The position numbers and the translations under genes were made by a program. The notes beneath the pieces were generated by a model that worked only from the letters and a program-made list of their open reading frames with translations, was not told the origin of the DNA and did no database searches. 64,000 nt of DNA from Burkholderiales bacterium (GTDB taxonomy: Bacteria; Pseudomonadota; Gammaproteobacteria; Burkholderiales; SG8-39), in the NCBI GenBank assembly GCA_036560705.1, contig DATBQR010000018.1, forward strand, positions 446-64,445. Direction: 5' to 3'. The number at the start of each line of letters is the position of its first letter. Position 1 is the stretch's first letter. Positions 11,901 to 20,928 of this stretch are shown piece by piece.

Positions 11901-12164
11901 ATGCATCGCACCTTGAAACTCGAAATCAAAGGCACCATCGCCACGGTCGCCCTGAACCGGCCGGATGCACGCAACGCGATGTCCGCCGCGCTGATGCGCA
12001 AAGTCGACGCCGGCATCGGCGCGCATGCGGCCAGCCACATGGTGCACGATCAGGTTCAACTGGCGGCAGCAAGCAGCGAGGCGCGAGCCGCGCGGGAAGT
12101 CTTCGCGGCTAAGCGGAAGAAGGCCGCCAGTCCGGCAAGATCCCCGGCGCGCGGCCGGCGCTGA
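11901..12164 (+). pseudogene. 5' remnant of an enoyl-CoA hydratase/isomerase (crotonase) gene
   Basis: Only the first ~32 codons (11901-11996, MHRTLKLEIKGTIATVALNRPDARNAMSAALM) look crotonase-like. After that the ORF turns into Arg/Ala shadow sequence and runs into the tilS 3' end. An AAGGGG RBS precedes the ATG. Confidence 0.45.
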
Positions 12165-13329
12165 GATATTTCGCGTCCACGCCCAGTCCCGGAGCCCACA
12201 CCAGGTCGCCGCCGCAGAACAGCAGCGGCATCCGCTCCCGTTCCCAGGGCGGAACGCCGGCTTCCTGAAAAAGATTCTTGAGCGTGCGGCTCGGCCTGCG
12301 CGCATCGGTCCGCAGGCGCTCTCCGCCGGAACGCAGCCTCACCTGGAAGGCCTGCTTGCGCAGCAGGCCGCTGTCGATCCCCTGTCCGCGCACGCGCCGG
12401 AACCGCAATTCGCCGCCGAGCGCGGGCAAGACAAGGCGGGATTCCCCGTTCCAGGTCTGTGGCTTGAACGGCGACTGGATTTTTTTCTTTTCGATAAGAA
12501 CTTTTTTCCGGTAAAGGCGCAAAACCATCCCGTCATGCACGATTGCGGCGCTCGCAGAACCCAGTTGTTTCAGCATTTCCACGAGCTTCGCTTCGCTGGG
12601 CGCGCGCAGGTCTTTTTCCTTCAGATAGGCGCGCAACAGGCTGCGCGCATCCAGTTCCGCGCCCGAGAAATGCCGCGCCGCCCGCGCCAGGCTTTCCCGC
12701 CATCGCGGAAACCTCGATTCGAGCAGTGGGCCGACGCGGCGGCGGATGAAATTGCGCGTCAGCGCCTCGTCGGCGTTGGACTCGTCCTCGATCCAGCCGA
12801 GGCGATGCTCCATGGCATAAGCGCGGATCGCGCGGCGCGGAACGGCGAGCAGCGGACGCAGCAGCAGCTTGCGGCCCAGTTTTCCGGCTGCAGGCATGCC
12901 GCTCGCGCCCGCCAGTCCCGCGCCGCGCAACAGGTTGAAGAGGACGGTTTCAGCCTGGTCGTCCAGATGGTGGCCAAGCGCAATGGCGTGCACGCCGAGC
13001 TTCGTGAAGGCTGCGCGGCGCGCTTCACGCGCCGCCGCCTCCAGCCCATGGTGCTGTTTTTTTACCGTGACCTTGAATGCCTTGAATGGAACACCCAGTT
13101 CAAGGCAAAAAGCCGCACAGAATTTCTGCCAGTCGCCCGCGTTCGGGCTCAGCCCATGATTGACGTGAATCGCGGAGAGTTTGTGCCCGAGCCGCGGCGC
13201 GAGACCGTGCATCGCGTGCAGCAGCACCACGGAGTCCAGTCCGCCCGACAGCCCCACCGCCACGCGCTTCCCCCGCATGGACGCGAGGACCGCGGTATCA
13301 ACGTTCAGCGCTTTCCTTGAAGCGGCCAT
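12109..13329 (-). CDS. tilS: tRNA(Ile)-lysidine synthase
   Basis: 406 aa with PP-loop [16 protein letters not shown]. An alternative start MRGKR at 13278 would remove the 32-nt overlap with accA. Confidence 0.9.
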   Translation of the reverse strand: MAASRKALNVDTAVLASMRGKRVAVGLSGGLDSVVLLHAMHGLAPRLGHKLSAIHVNHGLSPNAGDWQKFCAAFCLELGVPFKAFKVTVKKQHHGLEAAAREARRAAFTKLGVHAIALGHHLDDQAETVLFNLLRGAGLAGASGMPAAGKLGRKLLLRPLLAVPRRAIRAYAMEHRLGWIEDESNADEALTRNFIRRRVGPLLESRFPRWRESLARAARHFSGAELDARSLLRAYLKEKDLRAPSEAKLVEMLKQLGSASAAIVHDGMVLRLYRKKVLIEKKKIQSPFKPQTWNGESRLVLPALGGELRFRRVRGQGIDSGLLRKQAFQVRLRSGGERLRTDARRPSRTLKNLFQEAGVPPWERERMPLLFCGGDLVWAPGLGVDAKYLSAGRAPGILPDWRPSSA

Positions 13330-14266
13330 AGGCCATCAGCCGATCGAGGCGCTCCTCGACCAGCTCCTTCGGTTTCTTTTCCTGCAGCTGCGCGAGCGCC
13401 TCGGCGAGCGCCTTCTTGAGCGCGGCGCCGGTCGCCTGCGGGTCGCGGTGCGCGCCGCCCAGCGGTTCGGGCACGATCTTGTCGATCAGGCCCAGCGTCT
13501 TCAGCCGGGTGGCGGTGATGCCGAGCGTCTCGGCCGCCTCCGGCGCCTTGTCCGCGCTCTTCCACAGGATCGAGGCGCAGCCCTCGGGCGAGATCACCGA
13601 ATAGGTGGCGTACTGCAGCATCAGCACCGTGTCGCCCACCGCGATCGCCAGCGCGCCCCCCGAGCCGCCCTCGCCGATGACGGTGACGATGATCGGCGTC
13701 TTCAGACTCGCCATCGCGTACAGGTTGCGCCCGATGGCCTCGGACTGGTTGCGCTCCTCCGCCTCGATGCCCGGATAGGCGCCCGGGGTGTCGACGAAGG
13801 TGAATACCGGCAGCGTGAATTTTTCGGCGAGCTGCATCAGCCGCAGCGCCTTGCGGTAGCCCTCGGGCCGCGGCATGCCGAAGTTGCGCAGGATTTTTTC
13901 CTTGGTGTCGCGGCCTTTCTGGTGGCCGATCACCACGCAGGGCTCGCCGTCGAAGCGCGCCAGGCCGCCGACGATGGAGGCGTCCTCGCCGAACACGCGG
14001 TCGCCGTGCAGCTCCTCGAAGCCGCTGAACATCATGCCGATGAAGTCGAGCGAATAGGGGCGCTGCGGGTGGCGCGCCACCTGCGCCACCTGCCAGGGCG
14101 TGAGCTTGGCGTAGATGTCCTTGGAGAGCGCCTGGCTCTTTTTGGTCAGGCGCTGGATCTCCTCGGAGATGTCGACCGCGGAATCGTCCTGCGCGTAGCG
14201 CAACTCGTCGATCCTGCCTTCCAGCTCGGCGACCGGCTGCTCGAAATCGAGAAAAACCGTTTTCAT
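13298..14266 (-). CDS. accA: Acetyl-CoA carboxylase carboxyltransferase subunit alpha
   Basis: The track ORF is over-extended. Homology starts at [23 protein letters not shown] (ATG 14266). About 322 aa. Confidence 0.93.
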   Translation of the reverse strand: MKTVFLDFEQPVAELEGRIDELRYAQDDSAVDISEEIQRLTKKSQALSKDIYAKLTPWQVAQVARHPQRPYSLDFIGMMFSGFEELHGDRVFGEDASIVGGLARFDGEPCVVIGHQKGRDTKEKILRNFGMPRPEGYRKALRLMQLAEKFTLPVFTFVDTPGAYPGIEAEERNQSEAIGRNLYAMASLKTPIIVTVIGEGGSGGALAIAVGDTVLMLQYATYSVISPEGCASILWKSADKAPEAAETLGITATRLKTLGLIDKIVPEPLGGAHRDPQATGAALKKALAEALAQLQEKKPKELVEERLDRLMAYGRFKESAER

Positions 14267-14271
14267 GTCGG

Positions 14272-14889
14272 TCAGTATTCTACCGGCACGGGGTCCAGCG
14301 ACCTCCACAGGTACCAGGTCGCCGCCGAGCGCCAGGGGCGCAGCGTCTCGCCGCGGATTCTCATGGTTTTCAATGAAATTTTTCTTCCTCCGTGATACGC
14401 GACCCGGAGGCCTTTCTGCAGGCCTAGATCGCCCAACGGAAACACATCCGGCCGCAGCAGGTTGAACATCAGGAACATCTCGGCGGTCCAGCGGCCGATG
14501 CCGCGCACCTGCGTAAGGTCTTCGACCACTTCCTCGTCGCTCATGGCCGGCCACTTGTGCACATGCACCGCACCGTCGGCAAAACGCCGCGCCAGGTCGG
14601 AGATGTATTCGCACTTGCGTTCAGACAGGCCGCAGGCTCGCATCTGGGCCGTCTTCAACCGAAGAATTTTCTCGGGGCGAATTTCAAGAGCAACCCCCGA
14701 AAATCTGTTCCACACGCTCTGCGCCGCCGCCACGGAAATCTGCTGGCCGACGATGGCGCGCGACAGCGTGTGGAACGGATCGCCGCGCGGTTCGAGATGG
14801 ATGCGCGGAAAGCGGCGGATGATCTTCGCCATGACCGGATCGCGGCGCATCAACGCCCGCTTCGCCCGCTCCCAGTATTCAGGCTTCAT
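14272..14889 (-). CDS. DNA-3-methyladenine glycosylase II family protein (HhH-GPD)
   Basis: Homology starts at [14 protein letters not shown] (ATG 14889). HhH-GPD signature [30 protein letters not shown]. Confidence 0.8.
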   Translation of the reverse strand: MKPEYWERAKRALMRRDPVMAKIIRRFPRIHLEPRGDPFHTLSRAIVGQQISVAAAQSVWNRFSGVALEIRPEKILRLKTAQMRACGLSERKCEYISDLARRFADGAVHVHKWPAMSDEEVVEDLTQVRGIGRWTAEMFLMFNLLRPDVFPLGDLGLQKGLRVAYHGGRKISLKTMRIRGETLRPWRSAATWYLWRSLDPVPVEY

Positions 14890-14912
14890 CAGTATCCGCT
14901 GGCCAGCGGATG

Positions 14913-15491
14913 TCAGGTCGGAGCCAAAACCAGCCGCGAGTGCGCCGCCACGTGCTGCTTGAGGAATTCCATCTGGTCGGCGAGGATGCGGCGGTTGGTG
15001 AGGATCAGGTACTCCGCCTTGTTCGGCACGTAGGGCGTGTACAGCAGCTCCATGCCGGCTTCCTCGGGAAGCCGGTTGCGCTTCTGCCCGTTGCACTGCC
15101 GGCAGGCGGTCACCACGTTCATCCAGGTATCGCGCCCGCCGCGCGACAGCGGCCGGATGTGGTCGCGCGTCAGCCTGAAGAAATTGAATTCGCCGGCGCA
15201 GTAGGCGCACATGTGCCGGTCGCGCCGGAACAGCTCTCGGTTGTTCAGCGGCGGTACCTGGTTGAAGCCCCGGGCCGCCAGCGCCTTGCCCCGGATGGCG
15301 ATGATCGAATGCGCGGTGATGCTCGAGCGCTCGCCGGTCATGCGCGAGACGCCGCCGTAGAACGTGAAGGTCTCCTCGCCCATGGTCCAGGCGACCAGGT
15401 TCTTGGCGTAGTAGAAGCACGCCTGCTGCCAGCTGATCCAGCGGTGCGGAACACCGTGGTTATCGAGCGAGAGGATGAGGGGTCCGTCCAT
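14913..15491 (-). CDS. HNH endonuclease
   Basis: CAYCAGEF...RDHIRPLSRGGRDTWMNVVTACRQCNGQK (HNH/zinc motif). The start is taken at MDGPLILSLD. An upstream extension to 15569 would run through a terminator hairpin. Confidence 0.75.
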   Translation of the reverse strand: MDGPLILSLDNHGVPHRWISWQQACFYYAKNLVAWTMGEETFTFYGGVSRMTGERSSITAHSIIAIRGKALAARGFNQVPPLNNRELFRRDRHMCAYCAGEFNFFRLTRDHIRPLSRGGRDTWMNVVTACRQCNGQKRNRLPEEAGMELLYTPYVPNKAEYLILTNRRILADQMEFLKQHVAAHSRLVLAPT

Positions 15492-15537
15492 GATGGGCGA
15501 GTGATTCTGCCAATTCGCCCCCGGCTTGGCAATCCCC

Positions 15538-15574
15538 GCAAAAACAAAGGGCTGTGAGGAAAACCTCACAGCCC
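15538..15574 (-). terminator. Rho-independent terminator downstream of hup
   Basis: The minus strand reads GGGCTGTGAGG-tttt-CCTCACAGCCC followed by TTTGTTTTT. Confidence 0.7.
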
Positions 15575-15577
15575 TTG

Positions 15578-15651
15578 GAGAAAATCGGGGTCAGAGCCCG
15601 ATTTCCGGCGTTCGCGACGATTCAGAATCGGGCTCTGACCCCGATTTTCTC
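15578..15651. repeat. 26-bp perfect inverted repeat (REP-like palindromic element) overlapping the hup stop codon
   Basis: GAGAAAATCGGGGTCAGAGCCCGATT (15578-15603) and its exact reverse complement (15626-15651), separated by a 22-nt loop. Confidence 0.7.
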
Positions 15652-15940
15652 AGCGGTCGCCGACCGCGTCCTTGAAGCCCTGCCCCGCGGCGAATGCCGG
15701 CACGGTCTTGGCGTTGATCTTGATTTCCTTGCCGTTGGTCGGGTTGCGGCCGGCCCGCGCCTTGCGCTTGCGCGGCAAAAAAGTGCCGAAGCCGATCACG
15801 GTGACGCGGTTGCCCTTGGCGACGCTGGTGACGATCACATCGAAGATGGCGTTGACCGCTTCGCCTGCCGCGGTCCTGCTGAGATTGCCGGCGCGCGCCG
15901 CAGCATGAACCAGGTCGGACTTGGTTACCACGGATGGCAT
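15650..15940 (-). CDS. hup: HU family DNA-binding protein
   Basis: Start at MPSVVTKSDLV (ATG 15940). Signature FGTFLPRKRKARAGRNPTNGKEIKINAKTVPAF. 96 aa. Confidence 0.9.
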   Translation of the reverse strand: MPSVVTKSDLVHAAARAGNLSRTAAGEAVNAIFDVIVTSVAKGNRVTVIGFGTFLPRKRKARAGRNPTNGKEIKINAKTVPAFAAGQGFKDAVGDR

Positions 15941-16074
15941 GCTTTCTCCCCCTGCTCGCTGTGCTTGCGCTACCGACGGCGAATGATAGCGACAACGGTT
16001 CGCGAATACAATCGCCGCAACGGATTTTTTTGCGCCGCTGCGGATTCTTTCCTGAACTCGGAAAAATTTTGAAC

Positions 16075-17649
16075 ATGATTCCCGGCACATTGCCTGCGCT
16101 CCTCGCGCAACGCGTGAACACCGTCACGCCGGCGCTGATCGACCGCGGCCGTCCGCGGTCCTTCCGCGAACTTGCCGACGAGAGCCGCCGCGTCGCGCAA
16201 GGACTGCGCCAGCTCGGCGTGCGGGCGGGCGATTGCGTCGCTCTCTGGCTGCCGAACGTGCCTGCATGGCTGGCGTCGTTCTTCGCCTGCGCGCAGCTGG
16301 GCGCGGTCGCCGTGTCGGTGAACACGCGCTTCCGCAGCCATGAGCTGGCCGACATCCTGCATCGCTCGCGCTCGCGCGTGCTGGTGTTCTGGCCGGAATT
16401 CAAGGGGATAGACTTTGCCGGTATTCTCGCGGCCTGCGATCCGCGCGCGCTCGAGCACCTCGAAGCCGCGGTCGTCTACGGCGAGGCCGGCGCGCAAACG
16501 CCGGCAACGGTGCTCGGAAAAGCGGCGCACCCATATATGTTGCTCGCGGGGAGTGCGCCTCTGCTCGAAAGCAGTGCGGCGCCGGACGCGGGCTGCGCCA
16601 TCTTCACCACCTCCGGCACCACCAAGGCGCCGAAATTTGTGCTGCACGATCAACGCACTGTGCTCGCACATGCGGGCGACGTCGCTAGAGGCTTCGGTTT
16701 CGGCAGCGATTCGGTACTGCTGCTCGCGCCGCCGCTTTGCGGCGTGTTCGGGTTCTGCAGCGCCCTTGCCGCGCTGTGGGCCGCGCGCCCGATGGTCATG
16801 GCGGCGGCCTGGGATGCGGAACAGGCCGCCCGCGATATCGTTGCGCACCGCGTCACGCACATCAACGGCACCGACGAAGCCGCCGCCCAGCTGCTAGATG
16901 TCGAAGGGGTATCTTTTTCAAACATTCGTTTCTTCGGGTATGCCGCCTTCAACCCGGCGCAGGCCGGCGTCGTGGAACGCGCCGATGCACGGGGCCTCAA
17001 ACTGGTCGGCCTGTACGGCGCCAGCGAGATCCAGGCGCTGTTCGCGCGCCAGGAAGAAAGCGCGCCGGTCGCCGAGCGCATGCTCGGCGGCGGGCGGCCG
17101 GTGAGCCCGGCCGCCCGCGTGCGCACGCGCGATCCCGGGTCGGGAGCAGTGCTGCCCCACGGCGTCCAGGGCGAACTGGAATTCCTTGCGCCCGCTAGCC
17201 GCATGACGGGCTACCACGGCAACCCGGGCGCGACCGGGAACGCGTTCACGGCGGACGGCTTCTACCGCTCGGGCGACCTGGGCTACACGCTCGCCGATGG
17301 CCGCTTCATCTACCTGGCTCGCATCGGGGATGCGCTGCGCCTCGGCGGCTTTCTGGTCAGCCCGGCCGAGATCGAGGCCGTGGTCCAGGAAGCGCCCGGC
17401 ATCGCCGCCTGCCAGGTCGTCGGCGTGCCGCGGGCTGCGGGACTGGTTCCGGTGGCGTTTGTGGTGCTGCACCATAATGCAGTGCTCGACGAGGCCGCGA
17501 TCGTCGCGTACGTGGGCTCCCGGCTCGCCCGCTACAAGGTCCCGGCACGCGTGCTGCCGATTGCGGCATTCCCGGTGACACCGGGTGCGAACGCGACCAA
17601 AATCCAGAAGGGCAGGCTGCGCGAGATGGCGGAGGCGCTGTTAGACTAG
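16075..17649 (+). CDS. AMP-dependent synthetase/ligase (acyl-CoA synthetase-like)
   Basis: Start at MIPGTLPALLAQR. AMP-binding signature IFTTSGTTKAPK. About 524 aa. Confidence 0.85.
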   Translation: MIPGTLPALLAQRVNTVTPALIDRGRPRSFRELADESRRVAQGLRQLGVRAGDCVALWLPNVPAWLASFFACAQLGAVAVSVNTRFRSHELADILHRSRSRVLVFWPEFKGIDFAGILAACDPRALEHLEAAVVYGEAGAQTPATVLGKAAHPYMLLAGSAPLLESSAAPDAGCAIFTTSGTTKAPKFVLHDQRTVLAHAGDVARGFGFGSDSVLLLAPPLCGVFGFCSALAALWAARPMVMAAAWDAEQAARDIVAHRVTHINGTDEAAAQLLDVEGVSFSNIRFFGYAAFNPAQAGVVERADARGLKLVGLYGASEIQALFARQEESAPVAERMLGGGRPVSPAARVRTRDPGSGAVLPHGVQGELEFLAPASRMTGYHGNPGATGNAFTADGFYRSGDLGYTLADGRFIYLARIGDALRLGGFLVSPAEIEAVVQEAPGIAACQVVGVPRAAGLVPVAFVVLHHNAVLDEAAIVAYVGSRLARYKVPARVLPIAAFPVTPGANATKIQKGRLREMAEALLD

Positions 17650-17677
17650 ACGTTCAGATAAGAAGGAGGAGGAAATA

Positions 17678-18700
17678 ATGATCGAGATAAAAAGACTGGC
17701 GCTCGCCGGTGTCGTCGTTGCGGCATTGGCAGCCCCGGTGCAGGCCCAGACCACCCTTACATTTTCGTCATGGGTGCCGCCGACGCATCACCTGACGCTC
17801 TGGCAGCAGGGCTGGGCCGCGGAAGTCGAGAAGGCGACCGGCGGGCGCGTCAAGTTCCAGTCGCTGCCGAAGGCGCCGGCCGCCCCGCCGGGCACTTTTG
17901 ATGCGGTCAAGGACGGTCTCGTGGACATGTCGTACGTCACCGCCAGCTATACGCCGGCACGCCACGTGCTGCCGTACATGGCGGAACTGCCCGGGGCCGG
18001 CGCGACCGCGGAAATCAATTCGGTGGCCTTCAGCCGCATTCACTGGAAGTACTTCCAGAAGGTCGGCGAGTACAAGGGCGTGCACCTGCTCGGCGTGTTC
18101 ACGCACGGGCCGGGACAGATGTTCAACACCAAGCGGCCGATCGACAGCCTCGCGGACCTGAAGGGCATGAAGATCCGCACCGGGGGCGGCATCGCCGAGA
18201 AATTCGGCAACCTGCTGGGCGCCTCGGCGTTCGTGAAGCCGGCGCCGGAATCCTTCGAGCTGCTCAGTTCGGGCGTCGCCGACGGGGTGTTCTTTCCGCT
18301 CGAATCGATCGTTTCCTTCAAGCTGGATTCGATCGTAAAGTACGCGACGATGTTCCCGGGCGGGTTCTACAGCTCGGCGTTCGGGTTCTTCATGAACCAG
18401 GACAAGTGGGACAAGCTGTCCAAGGAGGACCAGGCCATCATCGAGAAATACAGCTATGAATACGTCGCCCGCAGCTGCGGCAAGTCCTGGGACGCGGCGG
18501 ACAAGGTCGGCCTGGAAGGACTGAAAAAGGCCGGCGCCAGGATCGACAACGCCAACCCGGCGTTCGTCAAGGAAGTGATGGCGAAAGCCAAGACCCTCGA
18601 CGACGACTGGATCAAGTCGGCCAACGCCAAGGGCGTCGACGGCGCCAAGGTGCTCGCCGAATTCCGCGAAGAGCTGAAGAAAGTCGCAGCAGGCAAATAA
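17678..18700 (+). CDS. TRAP transporter substrate-binding protein (DctP family)
   Basis: 340 aa with a signal peptide ending AAPVQAQ and a strong RBS AGGAGGAGG. DctQ and DctM genes follow. Confidence 0.85.
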   Translation: MIEIKRLALAGVVVAALAAPVQAQTTLTFSSWVPPTHHLTLWQQGWAAEVEKATGGRVKFQSLPKAPAAPPGTFDAVKDGLVDMSYVTASYTPARHVLPYMAELPGAGATAEINSVAFSRIHWKYFQKVGEYKGVHLLGVFTHGPGQMFNTKRPIDSLADLKGMKIRTGGGIAEKFGNLLGASAFVKPAPESFELLSSGVADGVFFPLESIVSFKLDSIVKYATMFPGGFYSSAFGFFMNQDKWDKLSKEDQAIIEKYSYEYVARSCGKSWDAADKVGLEGLKKAGARIDNANPAFVKEVMAKAKTLDDDWIKSANAKGVDGAKVLAEFREELKKVAAGK

Positions 18701-18718
18701 CCGACTGACGCAAAACCC

Positions 18719-18745
18719 GGGGGCGCGGAGAAACGCCGCGCCCCC
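18719..18745 (+). other. Intercistronic GC-rich stem-loop between the TRAP binding-protein and permease genes
   Basis: GGGGGCGCGG-agaaacg-CCGCGCCCCC followed by CTTTCC and the dctQ ATG. This resembles stabiliser/attenuator hairpins often found after binding-protein genes. Confidence 0.5.
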
Positions 18746-18751
18746 CTTTCC

Positions 18752-19252
18752 ATGAATGCGCCCGAACCGAAGTGGGAACGCCGCGTGGATGCGGCGCTGG
18801 GCGCGGCGTCCGCGGCGATCCTGTTTGCCATGATGCTGCTCACTTTCGCGGACGTCGTGGCGCGCTACCTCTTCGATTTTCCTCTGCGCGGCGCTTTCGA
18901 GGTCACCGAGCTGATGCTGCTGGTGCTGATATTCGCGGGGCTGCCGCTGGTTTCGCATGCCGACGAGAACGTGACGATGGATTTCATCGATCACATGCTC
19001 CCCGAGCCGGCGCTGCGGGTGCTCGAGCGGGCGGTACACGTGCTGTGCGCCGCGGTGTTTTTCTTCCTCGCCTGGCTGATCTGGCTCAAAGCCGGCAAGA
19101 TCGCCGCCTACGGCGATACCACCGACGTGATGAAGATCCTCGTCGCGCCCTTCGTCTATTTCATGACGGCGGCGATCGCCCTGACCGGCGCAGTGCACCT
19201 GATCAAGGTATTCATCCTGCCGAAGCGGCGCGAGCCGCAGGCCACCCTCTGA
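18752..19252 (+). CDS. TRAP transporter small permease (DctQ family)
   Basis: 166 aa with 4 predicted TM segments, between the DctP-like and DctM-like genes. Confidence 0.85.
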   Translation: MNAPEPKWERRVDAALGAASAAILFAMMLLTFADVVARYLFDFPLRGAFEVTELMLLVLIFAGLPLVSHADENVTMDFIDHMLPEPALRVLERAVHVLCAAVFFFLAWLIWLKAGKIAAYGDTTDVMKILVAPFVYFMTAAIALTGAVHLIKVFILPKRREPQATL

Positions 19253-19258
19253 CCGGTC

Positions 19259-20683
19259 ATGACTGAAGCGCTTCTGGGCCTGCTGGCCATGATGATCCTG
19301 GCGTTCGTGCGCATCCCGATCGCGCTGTCCATGGGCATCGTCGGCATCGTCGGGTATGCCTACATGCGCGACTGGAACTGGGCCGTCGCCTTCGCCACCG
19401 CGCAGACGAAGATCTATGAGACCGGGCGCAATTACACGCTGTCGGTGGTGCCGCTGTTCATCCTCATGGGAAATTTCGTCACCCGCGCCGGCATGTCGAA
19501 GGAACTGTTCCGCACCGCGAACTCGTTCATCGGCCATTTCCGCGGCGGCCTGGCGATGGCGACCATCGCCGGCTGCGCGGGCTTCGGCGCGATCTGCGGC
19601 TCGTCGATCGCCACCGCGGCGACCTTCGCCAAGGTCGCCTATCCCTCGATGAAGCAGTACGGCTACTCCGACCGGCTGTCGACGGGCGCCATCGCGGCGG
19701 GCGGCACGCTGGGCATCATGATCCCGCCCTCCACCATCATGGTGATCTACGGGATCATGACCGAGACCAATATCGGCAAGATGTTTGCCGCCGGAATCCT
19801 GCCGGGCGTCCTCGGCGCGCTGCTGCTCTGCGCCGCGGTGCAGTTCATCACCTGGCGCGACCCGAAGGCCGGGCCCAGAGGCGAGCGCATGCCATGGCGC
19901 GAGCGCTTCGCGACCCTGCAGGGGATCGGCTGGTTTGCGGGCGTCGCCGTGGCCCTGATCGCGGCGAACAAAATGGGCTGGATAGCGGGCGATAACGCGG
20001 CGGTGGTGGGCGCCTTCGCGGTGTTCGGGCTGGCGATGATCTACAAGGGCGTGACCAGCGTGATCGCACTGTTCGTGCTGGTGATGGGAGGCATCTATGG
20101 CGGTGTCTTCACCGCGGTCGAGGGCGCGGCGGTGGGCGCGGTCGGCGCCATGGTATTCGCCATCTCCCGGGGCGTGCTGACCTGGAGGACGCTCTACGAG
20201 TCTCTCGTGGAAAGCGCGCGCACCACCAGCATGCTGTTCCTGATCCTGATCGGCGCCCTGATGTTCGCCGAGTTCGTCAACATCACCACCATGCCGACCG
20301 AACTGATGGGCCTGGTCACGCGCTTCGAAGTGCACCCGATCATGGTCGTGGTGGCGATCATGGTGATTTACGTGATTCTCGGCACGGCGATGGAAGAACT
20401 GTCGATGATCCTGCTCACCGTGCCGATCTTCTTCCCGCTGATCGTGCACTTGGGCTTCGACCCGGTGTGGTTCGGCGTCCTGATCGTCTGCGTGGTCGAA
20501 ATCGGGCTCATCAGCCCGCCGGTTGGCATGAACCTGTTCGTGCTCTCGACGCTGCTGCCGCAGGTACCGACCAGTACCGTGTTTCGCGGCGTGATGCCTT
20601 TCGTAGTCGCCGACTGCGTACGGCTTTCGATTCTGGTCGCCTTCCCGATCATCTCGCTCTACCTTCCAGGCCTGATGAAGTAA
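19259..20683 (+). CDS. TRAP transporter large permease (DctM family)
   Basis: 474 aa polytopic membrane protein with a typical DctM N-terminus. Confidence 0.9.
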   Translation: MTEALLGLLAMMILAFVRIPIALSMGIVGIVGYAYMRDWNWAVAFATAQTKIYETGRNYTLSVVPLFILMGNFVTRAGMSKELFRTANSFIGHFRGGLAMATIAGCAGFGAICGSSIATAATFAKVAYPSMKQYGYSDRLSTGAIAAGGTLGIMIPPSTIMVIYGIMTETNIGKMFAAGILPGVLGALLLCAAVQFITWRDPKAGPRGERMPWRERFATLQGIGWFAGVAVALIAANKMGWIAGDNAAVVGAFAVFGLAMIYKGVTSVIALFVLVMGGIYGGVFTAVEGAAVGAVGAMVFAISRGVLTWRTLYESLVESARTTSMLFLILIGALMFAEFVNITTMPTELMGLVTRFEVHPIMVVVAIMVIYVILGTAMEELSMILLTVPIFFPLIVHLGFDPVWFGVLIVCVVEIGLISPPVGMNLFVLSTLLPQVPTSTVFRGVMPFVVADCVRLSILVAFPIISLYLPGLMK

Positions 20684-20691
20684 GCCGAATC

Positions 20692-20708
20692 CTTACGCCG
20701 TCTTTACG
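20692..20708 (+). promoter_or_regulatory. Direct repeat CTTACG-n5-TTTACG, candidate KdpE box
   Basis: Two hexamers with 11-bp periodicity, followed by a possible -10 TAGAGT (20719-20724). It lies about 35 nt upstream of the first kdp-operon ORF. Confidence 0.35.
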
Positions 20709-20743
20709 CGCGCCCTTCTAGAGTGGCCCGCAAGGAGACGCGC

Positions 20744-20839
20744 ATGGACGACATCCTCTATCTCGGCCTGGCCCTCGCCTTCTTCGCGGCGAGCATCGGC
20801 CTGGTCCACCTCTTCGACCGCCTGTGGGAGCGCAAATGA
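20744..20839 (+). CDS. 31-aa single-TM micro-protein upstream of kdpF (unknown function)
   Basis: Below the ORF-track size cutoff. RBS AAGGAGA precedes ATG 20744. Sequence MDDILYLGLALAFFAASIGLVHLFDRLWERK with GC3-rich codons. Its TGA overlaps the kdpF ATG (ATGA). Confidence 0.5.
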   Translation: MDDILYLGLALAFFAASIGLVHLFDRLWERK

Positions 20840-20928
20840 GCGCGCTCTACGCCATCGCCCTGCTGGTCGCGCTCGGCCTCGGCGTCTACCTCGTCTGGGC
20901 TCTATTCCGACCGGAGGATTTCTCATGA
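20836..20928 (+). CDS. kdpF: K+-transporting ATPase subunit F
   Basis: 30 aa: [30 protein letters not shown]. The KdpF-type motif YL..AL.RPE.F is present. Its stop overlaps the kdpA ATG (ATGA). Confidence 0.8.
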   Translation: MSALYAIALLVALGLGVYLVWALFRPEDFS

